The notes beneath the pieces are model-generated. The model did not search any database, was not told the origin of the DNA, and worked only from the letters and a program-made list of their open reading frames with translations. Source: Macrostomum hystrix (lineage: Eukaryota > Animalia > Platyhelminthes). Taken from it: DNA of 64,000 bases. Position numbers and translations under genes: made by a program. Within the stretch, counting starts at the first letter, position 1; every line of letters begins with the position of its first letter. The stretch is taken from contig CATNEN010000038.1 in NCBI GenBank assembly GCA_950097015.1, forward strand, positions 17,236,001-17,300,000. The letters are read 5' to 3'. Shown here piece after piece: positions 9,226 through 20,465 of this stretch.

Positions 9226-11544
9226 ATGAAGACGCCTGTCGCGGCAGTTCTACTGTTGCTCAATCAAGATCGTCGACACCTGAGTCGTGGCGGGTCGGAT
9301 TATCGCAGGCAGACGCGCCAGCGACGCCAGTGGAAGCAAAAACTGCCGTTGCCTCGCCTCTGCGACTCTGTACTGCAGCGCCTGTGCTCCACCAGTTGCC
9401 GTGACTACGGCTTAACTGGGAATCATCATGATTTGGGAGAATTCTCCCACTGCAATTCGTGGATTGGTCAGTCGGCTTTGTCGCTAACTTAATTTCAGTC
9501 AGGCACTTGGGATTCCCGTTGGCGGCCTGCAGAGCGGTCCGATGTCGCAGTGTCGGCTACCTGCTTTTCTCCACCGCTGAACAGGTTTTCATCGCCGATA
9601 TCTTCAATAATGAGCCAGACAAGGTGAAGAACGCGCCTCATGTTGATTTCAGCAGCCAAACCGCTGTTCACTGCTTGGTCAACGGTACTAGCTTCAGTCA
9701 CCTGGCCACGATAACTCTGGCTGCCTCGGTCACTCTGAGGGCTTGGCCCTCCATTCACACATCGGGCCTACTAGATCAATGTAGCTGGTTGATGAGGCCG
9801 ACTGGGCGGCGGCGGAAACGGCTGCGTCGATGGCGGAGCGGGCTGCAGCATCAACTAATACCAGCGCGCACCACCAATTGTGGTTTGTTTCCTGCACATA
9901 ATCCCCTGATCCTTCAGGATTGGCTGGCTGATTTTCTGCACATCATCCCCTGATCTTTTAGGATTAACTGGCTGATTTCCTGCACATCATCCCCTGATCT
10001 TTTAGGATTAACTGGCTGATTTCCTGCACATCATCCCCTGATCCTTCAGGATTGGCTGGCTGATTTTCTGCACATCATCCCCTGATCCTTCAGGATTGGC
10101 TGGCTGATTTTCTGCACATCATCCCCTGATCTTTTAGGATTAACTGGCTGATTTCCTGCACATCATCCCCTGATCTTTTAGGATTAACTGGCTGATTTCC
10201 TGCACATTATCCCCTGGTAGTACAAGGCAGGCTGATCTTGATCCAGATTTTTATGGAATATTTCAGATTTTTCGTCATCTTTGAAATGCTTGCGCGAGTG
10301 GCCGCAGCAACAGCAGCAGCATGTGAATCTGCAAACCAATTGTTCATCTCGTAAAGCCAAGTCACGCAGGTTCAGAACCATTTATAGCTCAACTGAGGAC
10401 TCTATCAGCAACTCAGTTATACATGACGATACCGAACTGGCAGTTTCCATGGACTCCAGCAGCGAGTTGCAGGTGAGCTCTTTAGATAAGTGCAAGTAAA
10501 ACGCATATTAATTCGTAATTGTCCTTTAAATCTACTAAATCTAGCAATCTTAATCTAATCTACTAGATCTAGCAATCTTAATCTAATCTACTAGATCTAG
10601 CAATCTTAATCTAATCTACTAGATCTAGCAATCTCGCCCTCATGTACTAGATCTAGAAATCTCACCCTAATCTACTAGATCTAGCAATCTCACCCTAATG
10701 TCCCGCTAAAAAATAGGGATGTTTCTTTGGGTGATTCCAGTTGGAATCTGCGGTGTTTCCAGAAAAAGAAACAGCCGAACGCTGGAAACATACCAATCGG
10801 ATGATTCCATGCTTAGAATCCACCCAACTGAGCGTTTTCTCGGTGCTTCTTGGTGGCGAAATGGAATCACCCAAAGAATCCTCCAGTTCGGAAGATTCCA
10901 TGCTCAGAAACCGCCGAGGAATCGCCCGTAAATAATTCTCGGGTTGTCCCATGGGCCACTGGTTCGGGTGATTCTTCGGCGGTTTCCGCACAATTTACGG
11001 TTACATCGGCTGCTTCCTGGGTGGTTTCTTTAACTCTTGCAAGATAGGGGGGATTTTGGTAGATTCCACTCCTATTTTGCACAAAAACCCGCCGAAGAAG
11101 CAGCCGAATTCTTTACAGGGGTACAAGATCTAGCAATCTCAATCTAATCTACTAGATCTAGAAATCCCATCCAAACTAGATCTAAAAATCTCATGCGTAG
11201 CTACTCGATCTAGATATTTTTTGTTTCAGGCAAACCCAATTGATCTCATTTTACAGGATAGTCTGTACACTAATCAGCATCGGCAGCAGCAACAGCTAGA
11301 CTTGCGCATGACAACAGACTCGCTGGACTCAAGCGACAAGCTGATGCTGAGAAGACTGAAGCGCCAGTGCCTGAAGCTGACTGGCCGTAACAAATCAGCC
11401 CTGCATTCTAGCGCGCAGCTTTTTAGTGACTTAACCGTAACGACTCGAACTCGCGACCTACTGAAGCAAGCCGAAACAAGTTGTCGTGCAATTTACGCCC
11501 TTGAGGGCCAATCTCCAAGGCACAGTGAAGTGCACACTGTCTGA
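9226..11544 (+). CDS. Unidentified 4-exon gene (geneX): join(9226..9466,9499..9882,10267..10472,11230..11544)
   Basis: Four GC-richer ORF segments are joined in frame by GT-AG introns (phases 1,1,0); no family recognised; start codon uncertain. Confidence 0.6.
9888..10215. repeat. 44-bp minisatellite in geneX intron 2
   Basis: CCTGCACATCATCCCCTGATCTTTTAGGATTAACTGGCTGATTT, about 7 copies. Confidence 0.92.
10528..11215. repeat. About 28-bp minisatellite with a CTAGATCTAG palindrome, interrupted by a MITE
   Basis: ATCTACTAGATCTAGCAATCTCACCCTA units on both sides of the 10702-11120 insertion. Confidence 0.85.
10702..11120. mobile_element. Non-autonomous DNA transposon (MITE), CMC/EnSpm-like ends
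   Basis: Imperfect ~30-bp TIRs (CCCGCTAAAAAATAGGGATGTTTCTTTGG vs rc CCCTGTAAAGAATTCGGCTGCTTCTTCGG), 2-bp TSD GT, internal GAAACMGCCGA subrepeats; removing it restores a satellite unit. Confidence 0.75.
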
Positions 11545-11605
11545 CGATGAGAAGGTCAGGGCAGATGTACACACCTGTGGCAGAAATGTCTCCTCGCTGG
11601 CTGAA
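11479..11605 (+). mobile_element. SINE family A, internal fragment
   Basis: TTGTCGTGCAATTTACGCCCTTGAGGGCCAA...CTGACGATGAGAAGGTCAGGGCAGATGTAC shared with the copies at 21018, 23055 and 38991. Confidence 0.85.
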
Positions 11606-12316
11606 GGTCTAGTGTCAACAAAAATGTACCATTACCTGGAGCCCTGGTGCAGTAATTATTCTTATTATTCGCCATCCTCACTTGAAAATCCCAATTATGC
11701 ACCCGCCAATAAACTATCCACTGAAAACTCCACGAAAAATATTCTCATCAAGAATCTCACAAAAAATCCGAATATCGATAGTCCCACAAAAAGTCCCATT
11801 TGAAAATCTAGTCTATTGAAAAGACATTCGTTTATCGCTGATTAGAATTAGGTTATCATAATTTATAACTTATCGATTAACCACATCCTATCGTTCTAAT
11901 ATTCATTATATTTACAATTAACTGCATATAATAAACAGTCCTTAAAATCGAAATTATTCAAACGCATGATTTTAGATCTGAATAAATTCACATTAAACAG
12001 ATATAAACAATGGATGGTTACAATACAGGGTAAAAATTAATTTTGAAATGAAAAAAATTCAAGTTTTCACAGAATATTTTTCAACGGCAAACTACTAACA
12101 CTAGTAGTGCTAATAGCCTTTAAAGTCGGTATATACTTTTTTCATTTGAATTTGATGCAATTATTGTACACAGCATAGGGCGAGTTAGAAAGACGCAGAG
12201 GTAAGCCAGATAAAATAGAAACCAATCAATTTACTGCATATACTACTGCTCACATTGTCTAGACCAAGCAGTAGTAAAATATGCGCAAAAATGAGTTTAT
12301 TACAAAACAAGTTGCG

Positions 12317-15300
12317 TCACACATTGTCTTCCATGGGCACATTTCTGTCTGACAATTGTCTGGAGACTGCACTGCCCGCGGCAGCGGCGGAGGCCAAAGT
12401 CAGAGCTCTCAAATACTGATTGGGCCGGCCGGGTCCGATGCCCACCGGTGCCAGCGGATGGCGCCGAAAATTGCTGCTGAGCGGTCGCCTGAGCTGCTCG
12501 CCAGAATCCAAAGGATTCAGGGGATTGTGAAGGCACACGAATTGCCACAGGCCTGGTGGCAGATTCAGGCCGGAGGCCAATGCTTCGGCGTCGAAGTCGT
12601 CAGAGTCTTTGTTGTTGCCAGCTTCATTATCAGCCGAATGCTGGCTGACTGGTAGCTTGGACTCACGATGGCTTGAGCACACTATAGGTAGCCAATGCCT
12701 GCGTGCGGTCAATCAACATTGAGACTACTTATGACCCGATAGAAACATAGTAAATATGATCTCAAGCAAAATTTAAGTAATTACACCTGGCCAATTTGGG
12801 CCAGTGGACTAGGGAGGCCAGGGTTGAAACCCACCAATTTTACAGCTGATCAAGGCAGAATTAAGCATCTCGCTAAAGATTAAAACTTACTTACATTTAC
12901 CTTAGATTCAGTTCCCACAAAAGCATCTAACAATCTCACCCTTATCTACTAGATCTAGAAATCTCACCCGTATCTACTAGATCTAGCAATCTCACCCTTA
13001 TCTTCTACTAGATCTAGAAATCTCACCCTTATCTACTAGATCTAGAAACTCACCCTAATCTACTAGATCTAGCAATCTCACCCTTATCTACTAGATCTAG
13101 AAATCTCACCCTTATCTACTAGATCTAGCAATCTCACCCTTATCTACTAGATCTAGAAACTCACCCTAATCTACTAGATCTAGCAATCTCACCCTTATCT
13201 ACTAGATCTAGAAACTCACCCTAATCTACTAGATCTAGCAATCTCACCCTTATCTACTAGATCTAGAAACTCACCCTAATCTACTAGATCTAGCAATCTC
13301 ACCCTTATCTACTAGATCTAGAAACTCACCCTAATCTACTAGATCTAGAAACTCACCCTTATCTACTAGATCTAGCAATCTCACCCTTATCTACTAGATC
13401 TAGAAACTCACCCTTATCTACTAGATCTAGCAATCTCACCCTTATCTACTAGATCTAGAAACTCACCCTTATCTACTAGATCTAGCGATCTCACCCTAAT
13501 CTACTAGATCTAGCGATCTCACCCTAATCTACTAGATCTAGCGATCTCACCCTAATCTACTAGATCTAGCGATCTCACCCTAATTTACTGGATAAATAAA
13601 TTTAACTCTTTCGCTGGGATTCGTACTCTGACCTCTTGGTATTAGGCCCCATAAAAAAGCAGAGAATTCAGTAGAAGTATAAAATCAGAAACGGTTCGCT
13701 GACCTGGCCACAGCCTCAGCAGCCAGGCACATAAGCCTCAGCTTGCAACAGCTGGACAGCACCAGAGAGGCTAAGCCGCCACCAGCCGCAGCGTTGTTAT
13801 TTTCCGCTCCTTCGGCCAGCCTGCTAGGCGCCGGCGGAGCCAGATCCTGCGGTCGAAGGCCCCGATAATTGCGCAGGTCTGTGTGCGCGCCGTAGGCTGT
13901 CAGGCAGGCAATGGTGCCCTCCAGGGTGACAAAGTCTAGCAGGGCTCTGTCGTAGCTGGGAAAAAAACACTTCTCTAATAAGATGACGAGGCCTTGCATG
14001 TTTAAAATTAAGCCACAGCTGCTCCTGTATTCTACCCGTTTTTTTAGAAAATAATTTTTAACAAACAAATCGAACAGATTTGAACTAACCTAACAATAAG
14101 ATGCAACGGTGTGTCGCCATTGTCCGCCAGACAGTTGGGATCCGCGCCGCAGATTAGCAGCAGTTTGGCCACGGTGCAATTAGGCACGCTGACTGCGCTG
14201 CTAACGTGAAAGCTGTCAATCTCAGTTGCCGGATCGCAGGCCATGTGCAGCAGGCTGTGACCGGTTGGCAGGCGAAAATCTGCCTTGACCAGACTGTGCA
14301 CTAAGCGATAGCTCAACTCCTCCTCCGTTGGACTCAGTTGCACCTGAGGGGGGTTGCGGTCTAGTGGTTAGAGTGTCGGACTCACGACTTGAAGGTCGGG
14401 GGTTCGATTCCCGATTCCACTGGAACAATTTGTGTTCTTTAGCAAGATAATAACTCTGCATTGCTTCAGTTCACCCAGCTGATAAATGGGTACTAGCATC
14501 AGCTGGGGCGATAAGGGTGGGTGTGTAGTCTCCCCAGTCCATGGACTGAACAGCCGTACGCAGCCTTCAGATGCGCCGCCTAATAGCTGCGGCTGTGGGT
14601 CGGCTGCACAGATCTGACCCAACTGGCTGATTAGAGCAGGTCTAATTAATTAGTTTTATTATTATTATTTATATAGGGATAACATAGAAATTATTAATAG
14701 GAGAGTACAGAATATAGAACAGGAGTCGGAGAGAAGACAGGAGTGAAGTGAGACAGGGGACGTGAGACAGGAGAGATGAGGCAGGGTACAGGGTAAAAAC
14801 TAGCCATTGGACAGTTTAGGCACGGGAGAGCTCAGACATTGTAGGTTTTGATAAAAACGCTTCAAGGGCCTATAAGAAGTATGTTAAAGCACCTGGGGTA
14901 AGGGCAGGCTTCAAGGGCCTATAAGAAGTATGTTAAAGCACCTGGGGTAAGGGCAGGCTTCAAGGGCCTATAAGAAGTATGTTAAAGCACCTGGGGTAAG
15001 GGCAGGCTTCAAGGGCCTATAAGAAGTATGTTAAAGCACCTGGGGTAAGGGCAGGCTTCAAGGGCCTATAAGAAGTATGTTAAAGCACCTGGGGTAAGGG
15101 CAGGCTTCAAGGCCTATAAGAAGTATGTTAAAGAACCGGGGTTAAGGGCAGAGACTGAAATCTGGCGTTTCGGCGCACCTTGCAGAGCAGAGCCAGCAGG
15201 TAGAACACTGTGAACACATCCTGGCTGAATGCGTCCAGGTCTTCGCGCGGAGTCTCGTTGGCTCGGCAGCGCAAGCGGCTCCGGTGCAGCTCATCGCAAC

Positions 15301-18300
15301 TGATGCTCAGTACTTCGTAGACGATGCGAAACTGCACGTCAACTCGGAGTGACACCATCTGGGACAACACCTGGGCTAGCCGGAGCAGGTCTTTGCCACC
15401 GGCCTGACCCTGACCCTGACGCAGGCGAAGGGCGTGCAGCCACAGCTCCAGGCAGCGGTCGAATTGCATGAGGTCGGCGCAGACAGCGCCTCGGTACACA
15501 ATCGGGCCGGTTAGGTCGCAGTACTGCGGCCCAAGTACTCGCTCGCGAATCATTAGGCCTTCGAGTTCCAGCAGCTCGAAGTCGTATTGAATCTCTTCGA
15601 TTTCGGCTAGGTTTTCGCATTCTTTTCTGTACCTGGAGAGTGTCAGCGATTTTCCAAGGGCGATTCTAAATCCCAACTGATTGGAAAATTCAGATCCTAA
15701 ATCCTCCCAAAATAGATTAGACAATTGAGATCCTAAATCCCCGGTTAGATTAGAAAATTGAGATCCTAAATGCAAGATTAGATCGAAATGGAGATCGTAA
15801 ATCCTTTCAGATTAGATTATAAAACTGAGATCATATATCCAAATTTAAGGAAATTAAGATCTAAAACTAACAGAGAACTAGAATAAAATATCCCACCTGG
15901 TCTCACACTAGAGATTCCATCAGATGTCAAACACAAATACTTAAGAATCTCACCTATAAGCCGCAATAGGCTTAGCAGGCACCTTAGGCTCCGGCAGTAG
16001 CGGATCAGCCCGCATCCTCAGGGCCTGGACCAGCAGTCGGTAAGCACCAACCGGATCGTATCTATCCTTGTCGTTAAGGAGCATGGCACCAAGTAGTTCA
16101 AGAGCTTCAATGTGGCGCCGTCTGGGAACATCTAATTTAGGCTCCAGCACCATGTACATGACGGCTTCAGCCTGGGCGTGCTCGGCGGCTACAAACAGCT
16201 GATCCAAACCGCTGTCGTTCATGCACAGTGTAGCTCCGTGCTCAATTAGTGCTCTACAGATTTCTGTGCGACCAGTCTCGGCTGCGAACTGCAGAGCGGT
16301 GGCATTGGCCATGGCAGTCTGGTTCGGATTCATGCCGCACTCCAGGAGAAAATTAACAACGGCCAGGTGGCCGCGAAACGCCGATATCATGAGACAATTG
16401 TTCTTATACCGGTTCGGTATTTCAATGTCGGCTTTGTGTTGCACCAGATAGCGCACGATGTCTAAACGGCCATCGAAGCAGGCCGCTCGCAATGGCGTAC
16501 TGTTGGAATTGGTGGTCTTGTTCACCTGGTTTTTAATGAGATGAGCAAATCAATGATCATATTTAGAACCGTTAAAATTAGTATAGTAGAGTAGCAATTT
16601 TAGCCCCCCCCCCTATAATAATATAAGCTTTCGATGTAGAAATATCGCAACACTTCAAACAAACTCAAGAGTCGGACTCACGACCACTATGAGGCGACTC
16701 GCTTTAGCACGATTTTATAAGAATAAAATCTCATAAGTTTTATTTGGGCAAGAAATGCCTTTTCAACATTAGGCTTGTGGGAAATTCGATTTGTATTAGA
16801 AAGTAGGCTAAGGCGAGTGATTAGAATTAAATTTACCTGGGCGCCATTTTCAACTAGGCAGCGAATGATGTCCATATGACCAGCTCCAGCTGCGCACCAA
16901 AGTGCTGTGGCTCCTTCAATCAGGAAACTGTCAATTGCAAATGTGTCAGAAAATTATTGACATGAGAAAACTGGTGCTGCTGGGCCTGCAATGGCATCGT
17001 ATGCAAAAAACTGACATTTTAGAAAAAATAGTAAAGTATATGAATGAATGTTAGCTTAAGGCTTTGAGCAAGATTAATTAATACTCATTATAATCAGCCC
17101 TTCCATAATGGTAGGTACATTACATTTCCCAAGTCTTATTGGTTGTGTTTCTATATCTTCAAGTCTCTTTCACTACATTTCTTGATTCTTGGCTGTTTCC
17201 TATCCAAGGAAGGAATTTTTGTCCTTGAGCAAATACATTCGAATACCTAGTGCATCAGTTTATTAAACTATAGAATGGGTTACCAACATTTAATAGCAAA
17301 AACATTGGGTCTAGTGAGTCTACTATCAAAGCCTGAACAAATAGCTAGTTAGAAGTATATAATAGCCTTAAAATGTACCACAAAACAGAAGTTACTTTGC
17401 CACTTGCTATACACTGAACATAAACTAAGCTAATTGTAATTTCCTAACCTATTTTTGATAGCTCAGTTTCTTATTTTATTACAGCATTTCTTATTCATTT
17501 CATATAAATAATCAGTAGGCATATAGCTCAAAGCCTCTAAAAAATAATTGGCCTAGCATGTTTTTATTATCATTGTGTAGCAATCGCTACAAGTGCTACA
17601 ATATTTTAGCAAGAGATTAAGTCTATTTTAATTATATTTCTAAGCCAATATGTATATATATTTTCTTTATGCTATAATTATATATATATATATTGCAATT
17701 AGCAAGGGGTGAGTGGCAGAGCAACTAACATGTTTGCCTCTCGTACCAAAGTAGCCACAGAGAGGTTTTAAGGTTTTAAGGCTTGCAATGAAATTCATGC
17801 CATTGAGAGGGCCAACCTTGGGATCCTAGACACTTTGTCATCTTACAACTTCGTCATCCACTTAGAAAGTAGGAAGGACACTTTGTCATCTTACAACTTC
17901 GTCATCCACTTAGAAAGTAGGAAGGACACTTTGTCATACAGCCAATTGGTATGCTTTAAAGTTTGGTCAGTTCGTCATCTACTAATAACAAATAAGCAAT
18001 CAAGTTCGTCATCAATAAAGTGAGGGTGGTGTGGTGGGGCATAGGTGTGAACACACTTCACACTCTAAATTGTCTAAAAGGTGTCAAAACTGATTTCATT
18101 ATAAGAGTTGAAAGATAGATGACAAAGTGTCCACAAGTCTAAGTCTCTTCGTCATCCACCCTCTGAGATATTGGACAGATCATCATCTGGATGACAAAGT
18201 TGTAAGATGACGAAGTGTCCAGGTACCCAACCTTGAAGTCAAGACAGTGAAAATTTACATTGCCTAATGATTAGTCAGGGCGGATGTACTCACCTTACCT

Positions 18301-19274
18301 ACTAACTAGCTATGCGAGAGCATATATAAGTATTGTATAGTATCTATGTGCGCACAAGAATCAGCAAAATGGGCTAAATTGCTGGCTATAGGTTTATTGT
18401 CATCAAATTGTCATTGCCCTCAGCCTCCCAATAATAATTTATTTTATTTACCTAGAGGCATAATTTACTTTCTTAATCTAAAATAAATATGACTATGAGA
18501 CCAGGATAGGCTAATGCCGATATTTATATAATTTAAATATATTATATTAAAATATATATATTATATCTAATATACTAAAAATGAAAATCTTGCTTGCTTT
18601 AATATACTATAATTGAAGTATTTTACAGCATGGTGTTTAATATAACTTTATATTATATAACTCAGTGTTTTTATACAGAGGAAAAATAGTAAACTGCAAT
18701 TTAATTGAACTAAAATTGTTTTTTATTTTGCTTCTGTTATGACCAGATGGATAGAAACTCATAAGACAGATTGACAACTAGCTATTTATTTGATAGTTAG
18801 GGCCTAACTTGTACAAAAAGTAACTAACTATAGAGCACTAACTAGCAAAAGCACTAGAGCATTCATTATTTGCTTTATAGTTAAGTAGGCCTAGCTATTT
18901 GGGGTCAGTCACTTAGTGTGGCCACCTAGGCCAGCTTTAGAAACTTACCCATCAAACTTAACATTGCCAGGCTTGTTTATATCAACGTTATACTCTTTGA
19001 TCAGAAAGTGGACCAGTTTTGTGTGTCCATATTTGCTGGCAATCACTATTGCTGGAGCCCATTCCTGGCCAACATTGGAATGGATTGCAACAGTGGTTAA
19101 CTCAAATATTCGCTTTCCTTCTTCCTTTGATATTCGGCGCCTGCTAAAATAAGAACGGATCTTGAGGAGGTTTCCATTCAAAAGAGCTTCGTAAATCTGC
19201 TGACAAAATTCATCAAATGGACCATCCACTTTGTTGCTTAGTTGGTCCGACTCTTGAGCTGCCGCGTAGCTCAT
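12317..19274 (-). CDS. FEM1B: Fem-1 homolog B (CRL2 substrate receptor): join complement(18949..19274,16837..16927,15954..16525,15179..15632,14090..14343,13704..13955,12317..12698)
   Basis: [90 protein letters not shown] and LPPGLWQFVCLH match FEM1B; all intron phases consistent. Confidence 0.92.
12925..13590. repeat. 27-28-bp minisatellite (same family as 10528-11215) in the last FEM1B intron
   Basis: ATCTACTAGATCTAG(C/A)AA(T)CTCACCCTT, about 24 copies. Confidence 0.95.
14346..14670 (+). mobile_element. tRNA-derived SINE family B with a CORE-like central domain
   Basis: A-box (GGTCTAGTGG), B-box GGTTCGATTCC, then GCAAGATAATAACTCTGCATTGCTTCAGTTCACCCAGCTGATAAATGGG similar to the MIR CORE; (TTA)n tail; three copies in the window. 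Confidence 0.85.
14860..15150. repeat. 49-bp minisatellite in a FEM1B intron
   Basis: GGCTTCAAGGGCCTATAAGAAGTATGTTAAAGCACCTGGGGTAAGGGCA, about 6 copies. Confidence 0.95.
17705..18395 (+). mobile_element. Diverged SINE family A copy interrupted by a MITE
   Basis: Head GAGTGGCAGAGC...GTTTGCCTCTCG; the body resumes after 18235 (ACAGTGA...GTCAGGGCGGATGTAC). Confidence 0.75.
17821..18227. mobile_element. MITE with about 40-bp TIRs, GG termini and an 8-bp TSD (Merlin- or MULE-like)
   Basis: Left GGATCCTAGACACTTTGTCATCTTACAACTTCGTCATCCA; right rc GGTACCTGGACACTTCGTCATCTTACAACTTTGTCATCCA; TSD CAACCTTG at 17813-17820 and 18228-18235. Confidence 0.88.
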
Positions 19275-20465
19275 CGCGTGATGAGCAAAAGTCACTTAAT
19301 CCAGGCTGTTTCTTTATGTTTCAGAAAAATGTAATGAGAAGCACAATGATCTGCTAGATAAAGAAGATAATTAATTCACTCAGGATAAGGATATCCTGCC
19401 ATTACAGGCTCCAGAATGAAGGCGTTACTATAGGGGAGATGCCGAATTAAATACAAAAATCGTTATTGTTTAAAAACAGTTTACCGAGTTTTTGTAGCTT
19501 TTCTGCACTTACTTATAACAAATGCGATGTCTTTTTACAAGGAAAGAAAGTAATAATTATTCTTCTAAGATTTATTACACTTAGAAAACAATATAAATAC
19601 TAGTTTCAAGCAACAATAAAAAACTTTCAGTGTTGCTAATGGTACTACACTGTGTGCCAGTTTGATATTAGTAAAATGGAATTGTGCATGGTACGATCAT
19701 TTCGCGACACACTTTGCAGACTTTGTCGCTTTTTGTGCATTCAAGTTATTCCCTCGTCAGTATTTATTGAAGTCCTGACGAAGCTTTTATTCTATTGTTG
19801 TGATTTTTCGTTCGTGAGGCTACCACATGTATCACGTAGCTCTATGAAGGATTAAATACTAAATTATGTGTAGTCTTTAGTATCATTATTTAAATTTGTA
19901 TTAATATTTTATTTAATTTTTTCATATAAAACTAAAAAATATGTGCATATTCTGTATAGCTTCAGTCTAGACTTCTTCATCACTTGTACGGCCTGGTATG
20001 GCTGTATCCATATCTTCGCCCAATTATTATTTATTGGAATTATGTCTCCGTAAGTAGCGAAATGAGCTTTTCAAAATCGACGCACGAACAAAAAATGTAG
20101 AATGTTATCATGGCTTAAACAGTTTATCAATTTTTTGCTATCATGTGGAGGTGAATGTAAAGAATTATAAAAATTAGACTGTATAAGTTAAAAAACGCAC
20201 TCTTCTTGGTGCAAGTGCAGTTTATTGTGGCTACTGTGTCATGCCACTTTTATCACTTATAGCATGGCTATTGTGTTTTAAATTGTAAAAAATCTAAGAC
20301 AATTCTCCATGCGCATTTTTAGATAATCAATCGTGTATTGGTATAAAAAAGATAAAAATTATTTTTTTATTTGCTATCTGGTTGGATTCTTGTACGCTCC
20401 CTAAATCTTTCTTCAACACATTCAACCCCTAAACTCCAACCTATAACGAATCAATTTTCGAGGCT

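Noticed and set aside
12925-13590. Telomere-like CCCTAA words in the 28-bp satellite
   Set aside because: Single hexamers in a subset of units; not a telomeric array
14346-14420. tRNA genes at the SINE heads (also 22136, 23499, 23310-23385, 42050-42125)
   Set aside because: Acceptor stems are broken and each head is fused to a shared repeat body, so these are SINEs
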